Shown one piece after another: positions 9,464 to 19,449 of a DNA stretch of 64,000 nt (its first letter is position 1; each line of letters opens with the position of its first letter). Below the pieces are notes generated by a model that was given only the letters and a program-made list of their open reading frames with translations, was not told the origin of the DNA and searched no databases. This DNA comes from an uncultured Chloroflexia bacterium (GTDB taxonomy: Bacteria > Chloroflexota > Dehalococcoidia > DSTF01 > JALHUB01). The stretch lies in NCBI GenBank assembly GCA_963703345.1, contig OY969814.1, forward strand, positions 1,856,001 through 1,920,000, in the 5' to 3' direction. The translations under genes and the position numbers were made by a program.

Positions 9464-10879
9464 ATGGATGCCGCCCCGGTCGGTCCCGCTCGCTCCCGGA
9501 AGAGACTGCCCTTCCTCCGGCGCCCTTCGCTCTCCGAGGCAGGCTTTCTGCTGTTTGTCTTCCTGCTCGCGCTGGGGCTGCGGCTGGCCTGGATAGCCTA
9601 CGCCCACTACGACCCCAACGACGGCCGCTTTGGCGATGACCTTTTCTACGACTTTATGGCGCGCGGCCTGGCGGCGGGCAAAGGCTACCTGAGCGCGTAC
9701 AACGCACAAAGCGCCCTCTGGCCTCCCGGCTACTCGCTGATCCTGGCCGGGCTGTACAAGGCGATCGGCCACAGCATCATTGCGGCGGACGTGCTGAACG
9801 CCCTCGCTGCCGCCGTCACGACTTTGCTCGTCTACTTCCTCGGGGCGCGCGTGTTCTCGAAGAAGGTCGGCGGAATCGCGGCGGTCATGCTGGCCGTCTT
9901 CCCCGGCCAGATCTACTATTCGGCGCTTATTCTGAACGAATCGCTATTCGCCTTCTTCTCGACGCTCATCCTTCTGCTCACGGTCGTGTGGATCTCTAGG
10001 GGACGGCGTATATGGCCGCCGGCACTGCTCCTGCTGGGGATACTCTTCGGCTGGGCGGCCTTGATGCGCAGCGAGGCCGTCGTCCTGCTCGTCGCGGCGC
10101 TGATCGTCTGGGCGCTTGCGGCTCCCTCCTGGCGCGCCTTCGTCGGTCAGGGGGCGCTGGTGCTTGCCGGCGCGGCCATTGCGATTGCGCCCTGGATGGC
10201 GAGAAACGCCATCGCCATGGACGGCTTCGTCCCGATTTCCAGCGGCGGCGGGCACACGTTCCTCGCCGGGCACCTCGAGGACCCGTACGGCACCCCGTTT
10301 GTCTTTCCCGCCTCCGACCTCTGGATTAAGTACTCTTACCTGCCATACCCGCAGCGCGAGCTGAAGATGGAGCGGGAATCCTGGCGACTCGGGTGGGATT
10401 TCGCTAAGTCGCACCGGAGCTACGAGGTGCAACTCGTGGGCGAGAAGTTCTATCAGCTCTACAAAGACGACTCCGAGGCACTGCTCTGGATCGAAGGCGC
10501 CTGGCCCAGCCCGGGCAACCTGCCCTGGTTGCAGGGGAGCTGGGTCGCCGAGCGCCCGCCGCCGGATCCCGTGGTGACGATTCCGCGGGCGGCGGAGAGG
10601 AACTGGGCTCGCCTAGCCGACCGCTACTACTTCGCGGTCCTGGCCGCCGCGCTGATTGGCGTACCGCTCTGGTTCTCCGTGAAGGACAAGAAACGCCTTC
10701 TGCTCGTGCTTGCGGTCGTGCTCTGGACGGCGCTGCACCTGGCGTTCATTCCCAACTCCCGCTACCACGTGGCGCTCATCCCCGTGTTCTGTCTGTGGGC
10801 GGCGACGACGCTGGTCTTTGCGTTCGACCTTGTGAAGCGGCGGCTGACGAAGAGGCCGAAGGAGAGCTCGACGTCGTGA
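9464..10879 (+). CDS. GT-C membrane glycosyltransferase 2
   Basis: Paralog of previous gene: GDDLFY, WPPGYS, LNESL, PWMARN, SRYH. Confidence 0.85.
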   Translation: MDAAPVGPARSRKRLPFLRRPSLSEAGFLLFVFLLALGLRLAWIAYAHYDPNDGRFGDDLFYDFMARGLAAGKGYLSAYNAQSALWPPGYSLILAGLYKAIGHSIIAADVLNALAAAVTTLLVYFLGARVFSKKVGGIAAVMLAVFPGQIYYSALILNESLFAFFSTLILLLTVVWISRGRRIWPPALLLLGILFGWAALMRSEAVVLLVAALIVWALAAPSWRAFVGQGALVLAGAAIAIAPWMARNAIAMDGFVPISSGGGHTFLAGHLEDPYGTPFVFPASDLWIKYSYLPYPQRELKMERESWRLGWDFAKSHRSYEVQLVGEKFYQLYKDDSEALLWIEGAWPSPGNLPWLQGSWVAERPPPDPVVTIPRAAERNWARLADRYYFAVLAAALIGVPLWFSVKDKKRLLLVLAVVLWTALHLAFIPNSRYHVALIPVFCLWAATTLVFAFDLVKRRLTKRPKESSTS

Positions 10880-12216
10880 AGCGCTCTCCCCTGAGACTGC
10901 TCCTGAGCCGCGAGGCCGCGCTGCTTTGCCTGGCGCTCGGCATCGCCTTCGCGCTGCGACTGGGCTGGATGCTGGCCGTGGACCCGGAGCCAACCGAGTT
11001 CCGCGTCGGCGACCCTTATTTCTACGACCTCTTTGGCCGTTCGCTGGCCGCCGGCAAGGGCTACCTGAACATGTGGGGCGCCCCGACAGCGCAGTGGCCG
11101 CCCGGCTATCCGCTGGTGCTGGCGGCCATCTACAAGCTCTTCGGGCACAGCATACTGCTGGCGAAGCTGTTGAACGTCGCGCTGGGCACGGCGACTTGCC
11201 TCCTGGCGTATCTCATCGGCAGGCGCGTGTTCAGCGGCGCGGTGGGGCTGACGGCGGCCTTCGCGCTGGCGGTCTTCCCCAGCCAGGTCTTCTGGCCGAC
11301 GCTCCTCCTGAGCGAGACGATGGCAACCTTTCTCGTCGCCCTGATCGCCTACATCGTTCTTTCGACGCTCGGCTCGCGTTCCTGGAAGAAGGCGATTGTG
11401 CTGGGAGCGCTTATCGGCTTCACGTCGCTGGTGCGCGGCGAGACCGTGCTGCTGGCGGTGCCGCTCGTCGTCGTCTGGGCCCTTGCGCACCGCTCCTGGC
11501 GCGCGGGTCTTCGCTACGGCGGACTGACGCTTGTCGCCACGGGCCTGGTCATCCTACCCTGGGTGGTGCGCAACTGGGTCGTGATGGACTATCCGATCCT
11601 TATCTCCACGGGCTCGGCGGAGAACCTGATCGGCGGGCACTGGCCGGGAGCCAACGGTCTGGGCAGCTTCGTCCCGATCATCGAGGTCACGGACACATAC
11701 AAGAGCCTTCCTTCCGACCAGGCGGAGACGGCGAGCTACAAGGAGGAGACGCGCCGGGCCATCGACTTCATGGTGCACAACCCGGGCAAAGAGGTGCCGC
11801 TGGTTGCGAAGAAGCTGCGCGCCTTCTACAGCACCGACGACCGGCCGATTCTCTGGACGCAGAAGGGCACGATCAACGATCCGGTCTTCAGCGACAGCAC
11901 GTCGCACCGGCTGGAGGTGCTGGCGAACACGTACTACCGCATCGTCTTCGTGATCGCGGCGTTGGGCCTGCCGCTGTGGTTCTCGCTGCGCAACCCGCGG
12001 AAGCTGCTCCTCGTCCTGCTGCTCTTGTACTACTCGTTCTTCTTCGGCTTCGTCTTCGTCGGCGAGCCGCGACTGCACTCGGCGCTGATACCCGTCTTCG
12101 CCGTCCTTGCCGCGGCGTCGCTGCTGGGCGTGCCGCGAGCGCTCTACCGCTTCGCGATGCAATCGCAGGCGAGGGCGAGGGCTGGCACGCGGGGCCGTCG
12201 CGGAGTAGTCTCTTAG
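10876..12216 (+). CDS. GT-C membrane glycosyltransferase 3
   Basis: Paralog: GDPYFY, WPPGYP, LSETM, PWVVRN; GTG start overlaps the previous TGA. Confidence 0.85.
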   Translation: MKRSPLRLLLSREAALLCLALGIAFALRLGWMLAVDPEPTEFRVGDPYFYDLFGRSLAAGKGYLNMWGAPTAQWPPGYPLVLAAIYKLFGHSILLAKLLNVALGTATCLLAYLIGRRVFSGAVGLTAAFALAVFPSQVFWPTLLLSETMATFLVALIAYIVLSTLGSRSWKKAIVLGALIGFTSLVRGETVLLAVPLVVVWALAHRSWRAGLRYGGLTLVATGLVILPWVVRNWVVMDYPILISTGSAENLIGGHWPGANGLGSFVPIIEVTDTYKSLPSDQAETASYKEETRRAIDFMVHNPGKEVPLVAKKLRAFYSTDDRPILWTQKGTINDPVFSDSTSHRLEVLANTYYRIVFVIAALGLPLWFSLRNPRKLLLVLLLLYYSFFFGFVFVGEPRLHSALIPVFAVLAAASLLGVPRALYRFAMQSQARARAGTRGRRGVVS

Positions 12217-12242
12217 GAAAGGCGACGGTCCGGAGGATTGAC

Positions 12243-12983
12243 GTGGAAGCCGAACGCAGCAGGGCACTGGTCATCGTCCCCGCCTACAACGAGGAGGCGA
12301 CGCTGCGTCTCGTGCTCCAGGAGCTGCGCGAGGTAGCGCCGCAGTTCGACATCGTCGTCATCAACGACGGCTCCAGCGACGCCACGCCGACCGTCGCCCG
12401 CTCGCTCGGCCTGCCCGTGCTCGACCTCTGCTTCAATCTGGGCATCGGCGGCGCCGTCCAGACCGGCTTCAAGTACGCGCTGGACAAGGGATACGAGACG
12501 GCCGTGCAGGTGGACGGCGACGGCCAGTTCCCACCGGAGCGAATCGCCTCGCTGGTGGCGCTGGTGCTGGACGAGGGCTTCGACATGGTGATCGGCTCTC
12601 GCTACCTGGAGGAGCCAGGCTACGCGGGAAGTCCGCTGCGACGGCTGGGCAACTTCATCCTCTCCAGCATCGCGACTCTCTTCAGCCGGCAGAAGATAAC
12701 GGACGCGACATCCGGCTTTCGCGCCTACAGCCGGCGCGCGCTGCGCTACCTCGCCGACTACTATCCGCCCGACTACCCGGAGCCGGAATCGATTGTCTTC
12801 CTGTCGCGGCAGGGCCTGACGATTCGCGAGGTGCCGGTGGCGATGAGGGCGCGCCAGGGCGGCGTTTCGTCCATCGGCGGGCTGAGGCCGCTGTCCTACA
12901 TGGGCAAGGTGAGCCTTGCCCTGACGCTGAATGCCCTCAAGGAAAAGCCGTTCCCCACTCCCGAAAGGAGACGAGAGCAATGA
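12243..12983 (+). CDS. GT2 polyprenol-phosphate sugar synthase-like glycosyltransferase
   Basis: IVPAYNEE, INDGSSD, NLGIGGAVQTG, VDGDGQ, DATSGFR; GAGG SD before GTG 12243. Confidence 0.9.
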   Translation: MEAERSRALVIVPAYNEEATLRLVLQELREVAPQFDIVVINDGSSDATPTVARSLGLPVLDLCFNLGIGGAVQTGFKYALDKGYETAVQVDGDGQFPPERIASLVALVLDEGFDMVIGSRYLEEPGYAGSPLRRLGNFILSSIATLFSRQKITDATSGFRAYSRRALRYLADYYPPDYPEPESIVFLSRQGLTIREVPVAMRARQGGVSSIGGLRPLSYMGKVSLALTLNALKEKPFPTPERRREQ

Positions 12984-13390
12984 TCCTGCTTTCTTTCTCG
13001 CCGAGGCCGATAAGCGTGTTCGTCATACTCGTCTCTCTGGCGATTGCGGCCATCGTGCTCACGTACGTCCGCAAGTGGCGGTTGCGAGAGGAGTACTCGC
13101 TCCTCTGGCTGCTGCTGTCCGCCGCAATGCTGCTGCTGGCGTCGTTCGAAGGGATCATGGAGTGGACGGCGGAGCGGCTGGGCGTGCTCTATCCGCCGTC
13201 GATCATGTTCTTCGTCGCCATCGCCTTCGTCGTCGCGATGCTGTTCCACTACTCCTTGGAGATATCGCGCCTGTCCGACCAGAGCCGTCGGCTGGCGCAG
13301 GAGCTGAGCCTGCTACGCTCGCGGCTGGAGACGGAGGGCCGCCTGCCGATGCGTCAGCAGGAGGGGCAGGCGGCGGAGGGCGAGGCGTAA
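12980..13390 (+). CDS. DUF2304 family membrane protein
   Basis: LREEYSLLW, LGVLYPPS, SRRLAQELSL; typical GT2 partner. Confidence 0.85.
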   Translation: MILLSFSPRPISVFVILVSLAIAAIVLTYVRKWRLREEYSLLWLLLSAAMLLLASFEGIMEWTAERLGVLYPPSIMFFVAIAFVVAMLFHYSLEISRLSDQSRRLAQELSLLRSRLETEGRLPMRQQEGQAAEGEA

Positions 13391-13412
13391 GCGCGACAGC
13401 CGCAACATTCCC

Positions 13413-13421
13413 TGCTATAAT
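13413..13421 (+). promoter_or_regulatory. Extended -10 promoter (TGCTATAAT) for the lipoprotein cluster
   Basis: Consensus TGnTATAAT upstream of ATG 13466. Confidence 0.6.
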
Positions 13422-13465
13422 CCGCGTAGCCGACACCTTCTGGATTCGACGTGTCGAGGACGCAG

Positions 13466-13906
13466 ATGAATCGAAACCGCCTGCTTGTCGTGCTGCTACT
13501 GCTGACGGCCCTCGCTGCTGTTTCCTGCGCTTCCTCCAACAAGCACAGCAAACCTACGCCAACGCAATCCGCCGCATCTGCAACCGCCTCAGCCACGTCT
13601 GACGACCCGATCGATAGCATCATTAGGGGGTTGGTGCTCAACGAAATAGGTCCGACTTTCAAGGATCTGCCCATGAGAAGTGAGAACCTGACCATCAGGG
13701 ACAAGCATTACTACACCGACTCGTCCGGCACTAGTTGGATTGCGTTCGGCGCGGAGGTAACATTCGAAGACGGCTCAGAACTAGCCGTCGGAGTGGTGAA
13801 ACAAGCCTCGGGAGGAACAAAGTGGGAATTAGTCGCATTGGGAACCGGTCCCCTCCCCGAGACCATTCCTGACGATGTCAAGAACGGTTTGGGAATCAAA
13901 TGGTGA
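13466..13906 (+). CDS. Lipoprotein with one copy of an unknown repeat domain
   Basis: Lipobox AVSC, PT linker, YYTDSSGTSW..KWELVALGTG domain. Confidence 0.75.
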   Translation: MNRNRLLVVLLLLTALAAVSCASSNKHSKPTPTQSAASATASATSDDPIDSIIRGLVLNEIGPTFKDLPMRSENLTIRDKHYYTDSSGTSWIAFGAEVTFEDGSELAVGVVKQASGGTKWELVALGTGPLPETIPDDVKNGLGIKW

Positions 13907-13913
13907 ATAGAAC

Positions 13914-14345
13914 TTGAGCAATCGGAACCTGCTGCTGTTCGCGTTGCCCCTTCTCCTGCTCACGGCGCTCGCTGCCGCCTCCTGCGCCTCGTCCAACAAG
14001 CAAACTGAATCCACGCCAACGCAATCACCCGCATTTGCAACCGCGTCGGCTACTCCTGCAGAAGACATGGACGGAATCATTACAGATCTGCTCCTGAACA
14101 ACAAAGCGACACAAGATGTGACCATTGGTGAGAAACGCTACTACAATGACCCCTCGGGCACCACGTGGGTTGAATTCGTCGCGTCTCCAATACGGAAGGG
14201 GACGGCAGAAGGGGGCTACGGGATCATCAAGAAGGTACCCGGCGGAAGCTGGGAACTGGTCAATTATGGAACGGGCGCAGTCGAATGCGGCCTTCCGGAG
14301 GACGTACAAGTCGGCCTGGGATTTGATTACTGCCCGCACGGTTAG
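13914..14345 (+). CDS. Lipoprotein paralog, one repeat domain
   Basis: Lipobox AASC-ASSNK; YYNDPSGTTW..SWELVNYGTG. Confidence 0.75.
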   Translation: MSNRNLLLFALPLLLLTALAAASCASSNKQTESTPTQSPAFATASATPAEDMDGIITDLLLNNKATQDVTIGEKRYYNDPSGTTWVEFVASPIRKGTAEGGYGIIKKVPGGSWELVNYGTGAVECGLPEDVQVGLGFDYCPHG

Positions 14346-14402
14346 CCATATTCCAAGATAGCTCCAACTGCGGGTCTTTCCGTTCCAAACGAGGGGCCAG
14401 CG

Positions 14403-15908
14403 ATGAAGAAGAGCCTACTGCTGCTGTCAATGCTGGCGCTAGCGCTGGTGACGGCCTTAGCCGGCGGCTCTTGCGCCTCGTCCAAGAACCAGCCCGAATC
14501 CACGCCAACGCCCTCGGCCGCGTCCGCCACTGCCACACAGATTTCCAACGAAGCGGCGGAAGCGGCGGCAACGACTTTCGTGGAGGCCTGGGAGACGATC
14601 AACTACCACGACCAGGAAGGCCGATTCAACCGGGTGCTTTTGCTGCTGAGCTCCGATAGGCTCGCCCAGTATGCTGCCTTCCACGAAAACCCTTACGTTC
14701 GGATGTACGAGGTGACGGGAACGACCGCAGTCGTGTCAAGCCGGGTGACCGAAACCTCGGGGGGCGTAGCCACCGTCGCCGTTACCACTCAGCGTACTCG
14801 CCACCTCGTCGTGCCTGGTTCAGAATCGGTACCCGTTGAGCAGTCATCAATCGAGCAGATGGAGTGCCATCTTGTCCTAGAAGGCGGCCAGTGGCTCGTG
14901 CAGAGTTGGCAAATCGAGTCTGAGCAACTGCTTCCGACGGAGGGAACGGCAGTGACAGCAACGGCGACGCCCTCGCCAAACACGTCTTCCGCGACCCTTT
15001 CGATGATAGCAGGGGACTTCATCGCGAGCTACGCTTCGGCAATTACAGAGGACGTCGGAGGCGGCGTTGTTGCGCAATATACTGATTCAACCGGCACAAC
15101 CTGGGCCAGGATTAAGACGCTCGAGCACGGCTACGATGTCAACGGCAAGGAAGTGACTACGCCCTACACTGGAATCATAAAGGAGACATCGGACGATACC
15201 TGGGAACTGGTCAGCCTCGGGAACGCTGGCGTGGCCTGCGGGCTTGCGGCCGACGTCCAGTCTGCCCTGGAATTCCTTGTCTGTACGCCGGGACCGATGG
15301 CGACGGCCTGGGCCGAGGAGGATGAGCAGGCGGATCAGGCTGTCAAGGGGACCGCATCGTCCGCGTACAACGCGAGAGTTGATGACAAGATGTACTACAC
15401 CGATTCGGACGGAAACCTGTGGCTCCAGTTCAACATATCCCCGGTTCCCAATGATCTCACGGACCCGGCTCGCGGCTACATGGTGAAGTTGCCCGACGGC
15501 AAATGGCGTGTCGTCAGCGGTCCCGGCACAGCCATGATGGAGTGCGACTTGCCGGTCGAGGTGCAGACTGCATTCCGGCACCGGACCTGCCTTCCGGATG
15601 AGGCTGCGCTTGACGGGGCCATCCGGGCCTTCGTTCGACAAAACGAGCCTGAGGACGTCGACAAAGTGATAATCGATGCAAAGCGGTGGGATGACAGTTC
15701 GTCCCAGCGGACCTGGGTGCAGGCCGGAGTCCTCCTGGTTCGGGGCGAGAGCACCGCACAGGTCTACATTCTGATGAGAAAAAGGCCGGAAGGGGGTTGG
15801 GAGGGAGTTGCCAGCCCTTCAACAGATAGCAGCGTCTGGTGCGATGCCCCTGCGAACGTTCTGCCTCGCCCTCCCTACTGCCCGACGCCTACGCCGCCCG
15901 CTAGTTGA
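14403..15908 (+). CDS. Lipoprotein paralog with an NTF2-like segment and three repeat domains
   Basis: Lipobox GGSC-ASSK; three ..DSxGxxW..W(E/R)xV..C units. Confidence 0.75.
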   Translation: MKKSLLLLSMLALALVTALAGGSCASSKNQPESTPTPSAASATATQISNEAAEAAATTFVEAWETINYHDQEGRFNRVLLLLSSDRLAQYAAFHENPYVRMYEVTGTTAVVSSRVTETSGGVATVAVTTQRTRHLVVPGSESVPVEQSSIEQMECHLVLEGGQWLVQSWQIESEQLLPTEGTAVTATATPSPNTSSATLSMIAGDFIASYASAITEDVGGGVVAQYTDSTGTTWARIKTLEHGYDVNGKEVTTPYTGIIKETSDDTWELVSLGNAGVACGLAADVQSALEFLVCTPGPMATAWAEEDEQADQAVKGTASSAYNARVDDKMYYTDSDGNLWLQFNISPVPNDLTDPARGYMVKLPDGKWRVVSGPGTAMMECDLPVEVQTAFRHRTCLPDEAALDGAIRAFVRQNEPEDVDKVIIDAKRWDDSSSQRTWVQAGVLLVRGESTAQVYILMRKRPEGGWEGVASPSTDSSVWCDAPANVLPRPPYCPTPTPPAS

Positions 15909-15913
15909 GGCCG

Positions 15914-17035
15914 TTACCACTCCGGCGGGCCGCGATGCATCCGCACGCTCTCTAATATCCCCAGCGCGATGAACAGCGTCAGCAGCGAGCTGCCCCCCTG
16001 GCTGATGAACGGCAGCGGAATGCCCGTCACCGGCACGAGTCGGATGTTCACGCCGACGTTGATGAACACCTGGAACAGTATGTACGTGCAGATTCCCGTC
16101 GCCAGCAGCCGTCCGAACGGGTCGCGCGAGGAGGCGGCGGTCTGCAGGCAGCGCATCAGCAGCACGACGAACAGCGCGAACAGGATGACGACGCCCACGA
16201 AGCCCAGCTCTTCGCCCAGCACGCTGAAGATGTAGTCGGTCGTCTGCGTGCGCAGGTAGTCGAGCTGCGTCTGCGTGCCATGCGTCAGCCCCTTGCCGAA
16301 CAGCCTTCCCGAGCCGATGCTTATCTCCGCCTGAAGCGTGTTGAAGCCGGAGCCGAGGGGGTCTTTGCCCGGGTCGAGGAAGGTGGCGATGCGCTCCCGC
16401 TGGTAATCGCTGACAAGGGCGATGAGGGCGAACGGCGCGGCGACGGCGGCCGAAGCGACCAGCCCCAGGACGTGCGTCGCGCGGGCACCGGCCATGATGA
16501 CGATCGCCAGCCAGATCGCCAGGAGAATTATCGCCGAGCCGAGGTCGGGTTCGGCGAAAACGAGCACGGTGGGCACGAGAGTGATGACAAGCGACGTGAC
16601 GAACACGGCCAGCGAGCCCATTCGCTCCTGCCGGTCCGTCAGATACTTGGCGAGGACGATGACGACGATGAGCTTCGTCATCTCCGACGGCTGCACCTGC
16701 GTCCCGCCGAGCTCGATCCAGCGCCGCGAGCCGTAGACGGCCTGCCCCACGAATAGCACGAACACCAGCGCCGCCAGCGCTCCCAGAAACAGCCACTTTG
16801 AGGCGTAGCCCCACAAACGGTAGTCGACGCGGGAGATGGCGAACATCGCGGCAAGGCCCACCCCGGCGAAAAGGACCTGCCGGGCCACCGGGTGCTCGAT
16901 GACGGCGCTCGAGCTGCCGTAGCTGGGGAGGCTACCGCTGTAGATGAGAAGGACGCCCAGCGCCACGAGGGCGAGGGCGGCGAGCAGCAGTATGTAGTCA
17001 AACTGCCTGACGTAGTCAATCTTCGCCGCTCTCAT
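15914..17035 (-). CDS. rodA: Rod shape-determining SEDS protein
   Basis: QPSE, EPDLGS, TDYIFSVLGEELGF, TGIPLPFISQGGSS; follows mrdA. Confidence 0.93.
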   Translation of the reverse strand: MRAAKIDYVRQFDYILLLAALALVALGVLLIYSGSLPSYGSSSAVIEHPVARQVLFAGVGLAAMFAISRVDYRLWGYASKWLFLGALAALVFVLFVGQAVYGSRRWIELGGTQVQPSEMTKLIVVIVLAKYLTDRQERMGSLAVFVTSLVITLVPTVLVFAEPDLGSAIILLAIWLAIVIMAGARATHVLGLVASAAVAAPFALIALVSDYQRERIATFLDPGKDPLGSGFNTLQAEISIGSGRLFGKGLTHGTQTQLDYLRTQTTDYIFSVLGEELGFVGVVILFALFVVLLMRCLQTAASSRDPFGRLLATGICTYILFQVFINVGVNIRLVPVTGIPLPFISQGGSSLLTLFIALGILESVRMHRGPPEW

Positions 17036-17040
17036 CGTCC

Positions 17041-18933
17041 TCACCTGTGGTTGAAGTAATAGTTGAGGATGCGACCCGCCAGCGGAGCGGCGTTCTTGGC
17101 GCCGTTCCCCTGATCGAGAAAGACGACGACGGCGATCTGCGGATCGTTCGCCGGCGCGAAGCCAGTGAACCAGGCGTGGCTGGCGTAAGTGCCGCCGCCC
17201 AGGTCGGGGCCGAACTCGGCCGTGCCGGTCTTGCCGGCCACCGCGACGCCCGGGACCGACGCGGTGCTCGCCGTGCCCCAGGCTACAGCCTCTCGCATGC
17301 CCTCGCGGAAGATGGCCAGGTTGTCCGCGCTCACCGACAGGTGGTGAGCGACGTTGGGAACGAAGGGGAACAGCGGCTTCCCCGCGGAGTCGACGACGGC
17401 GCGCACGATCCGCGGCACCAGGACGTCGCCGCCATTCGCGACGGCAGCGGTGACGCGCACCATCTGCAGCGGCGTCGCGGCGACAAACCCCTGGCCGATC
17501 GCCATGTTGTACGTGTCGCCGATGGTCCACTCCTCGCCGAGCTGGCTCTTCTTCCAATCGGGGTCCGGCACCGTGCCCTCAGCCTCGTCCGGCAGGTCGA
17601 TGCCGCTCGTCGCGCCGAGGCCGTATTCGCGCGTGTAGCGGGCAAGGGCAGCGGCGCCCATGCCGCGGAACAGCTCGACGCCGTTCTGATAGTAGCCGCC
17701 GGCCAGGTAGTAGAAGTAGACGTCGGAGGACTGCGCGACGCCCTGGTAGAAGTTCATCGTGCCCAGCGCGGCCCAGTCCTTGAAGACGTAGATGATGCTG
17801 GGGTCGTACTCGTTGGGGACGCTGATGGAGCCGTAGCTGGTGATGGTCGTACCGGCGTTGGCAACGCCTTCCTGAAGGGCGCCGGGGCCGGTGATCTGCT
17901 TGAACGTGCTGCCCGGCGGGTAGACGGAAGAGATGCAGTGGTTCAGAAGCGGCTTGCCGGGATCGTCGAGGAGCGACTGGTACTGCTGCTGCGATATGTT
18001 GGTGAAAATGTTGTTGTCGTAGTTGGGCAGCGACACCATCGACAGGATCTCGCCGGTATGGACGTCCATGACGATGGCGCAGGCGTTGGTGGAATCGCCT
18101 TTGCCCTGCTGGAGGAGATCGGTGACGTGGCGCTGGAGGTCGAGGTCGAGTGAGAGGACCAGGCCGGCGCCGGGCGTCGCGGCGTTCTCCTTCAGCGTCT
18201 GCATCTCCCTGCCGGCGGCGTCGACCTCAACGTCATTGCTGCCGGGCTCGCCGCGGAGCACTGATTCATATACTGATTCAACGCCCGTCTGCCCGACACG
18301 ATCGTTTATCTGGTAGCCCTTAGTCTTCAGGTCGGGGTACTGCGTTTCTGTGACCTGCCCGACGTAGCCGAGGATGTGCGAGAGGAGGTCGCCCGTGGTG
18401 TAATGCCGGATGGGCGTGACGATGACCTGGGCGCCGGGAATGCTGCTCTGGCGCTCTCTGAGAGCGAACGCTTCGTCGGAGCTGATGCCTTCCTTGATGA
18501 TGACGGGCGTGAAGGGGTCTTTGCTGTCGCGCTTCTCGTCGACCTTGGCACTGATCTCGGCGGCGGGCACCTGCAGCAGCGCCTCCAACTGCCGCGACAG
18601 GTCCGCCTCGCGGTCCTTCGGGAAGTCGGCGGGGACGATGCCGGCCGAGAATTCGGGGATGTTCTCCACCAGCGGCGTGCCGTTGCGGTCGAAGATGATG
18701 CCGCGCGCCGGCATTACCGGCGACACCCTCAGACTATTGGTCTCGGCGCGCTGCTCGTACGCCTGGCCCTCGAAGACCTGCAGGCGCATTAGCTGCAGCG
18801 TCATGACGCCGAAGACGACGAGTATGACCAGCCGGAAGTAGAAGAACTTATCGCGCAGCACCTGCTTATCGCTGCGCTCCTTCTTCTCTTTCGGCGAGCG
18901 CCACCTTCGCTCTTTGTGACCTAGTAGATCCAC
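17041..18933 (-). CDS. mrdA: Penicillin-binding protein 2
   Basis: STFK (SxxK), SSD (SxN variant), KTG; position in the mre operon. Confidence 0.93.
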   Translation of the reverse strand: MDLLGHKERRWRSPKEKKERSDKQVLRDKFFYFRLVILVVFGVMTLQLMRLQVFEGQAYEQRAETNSLRVSPVMPARGIIFDRNGTPLVENIPEFSAGIVPADFPKDREADLSRQLEALLQVPAAEISAKVDEKRDSKDPFTPVIIKEGISSDEAFALRERQSSIPGAQVIVTPIRHYTTGDLLSHILGYVGQVTETQYPDLKTKGYQINDRVGQTGVESVYESVLRGEPGSNDVEVDAAGREMQTLKENAATPGAGLVLSLDLDLQRHVTDLLQQGKGDSTNACAIVMDVHTGEILSMVSLPNYDNNIFTNISQQQYQSLLDDPGKPLLNHCISSVYPPGSTFKQITGPGALQEGVANAGTTITSYGSISVPNEYDPSIIYVFKDWAALGTMNFYQGVAQSSDVYFYYLAGGYYQNGVELFRGMGAAALARYTREYGLGATSGIDLPDEAEGTVPDPDWKKSQLGEEWTIGDTYNMAIGQGFVAATPLQMVRVTAAVANGGDVLVPRIVRAVVDSAGKPLFPFVPNVAHHLSVSADNLAIFREGMREAVAWGTASTASVPGVAVAGKTGTAEFGPDLGGGTYASHAWFTGFAPANDPQIAVVVFLDQGNGAKNAAPLAGRILNYYFNHR

Positions 18934-18948
18934 GGCAAACCCCGGGCG

Positions 18949-19449
18949 TCAGATGTAGCCATGCGCCTTGCGCAATCCGGCGCTTCGCGACCAGACGATC
19001 CAGTACAGCGGCGGCGTGAAGAGCACGTCGATTATGCTCGTCGGTAGGACCACCCGCGTCAGAGCGGACAGCCAACCCACGGTATCTCCCTCAAGGCGCA
19101 GCGCGGCGAGAAGAATCGCCTGGTAGATGAGGCTGGACAGGAACACCACGGCCAGCGCCAGCAGCAGGTTGTTCGGCGTCAGGCGCAACGCCTGCAGCTC
19201 GGAGAGAAGAAGAACGGGCGTAGCCGCGAGGAGCGCCACGCCGACGGGCTGGCTGCCGAGGAGGCTGAGGCAGAGGCCGCCGACGGGGATGACGACCATC
19301 GCCTCCTGCCGGCCCCGGACAATTGTCCAGCAGACGAGCAGGACGAGCACGAGGTTCGGCGAAGCCCCGAATATCGGGAACGCCGGCAGCACCGACGTCT
19401 GTACAAGCGCGATCAGCAGGAGCAGCAGCGTCGCGAAGACGTATTTCAT
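18949..19449 (-). CDS. mreD: Rod shape-determining protein MreD
   Basis: Hydrophobic, PNLVL motif, lies between mreC and mrdA. Confidence 0.85.
   Translation of the reverse strand: MKYVFATLLLLLIALVQTSVLPAFPIFGASPNLVLVLLVCWTIVRGRQEAMVVIPVGGLCLSLLGSQPVGVALLAATPVLLLSELQALRLTPNNLLLALAVVFLSSLIYQAILLAALRLEGDTVGWLSALTRVVLPTSIIDVLFTPPLYWIVWSRSAGLRKAHGYI

Noticed and set aside
10926-12242. N-terminal 439 aa of the 685-aa ORF
   Set aside because: Shadow frame overlapping GT-C gene 3; the real GT2 starts at GTG 12243
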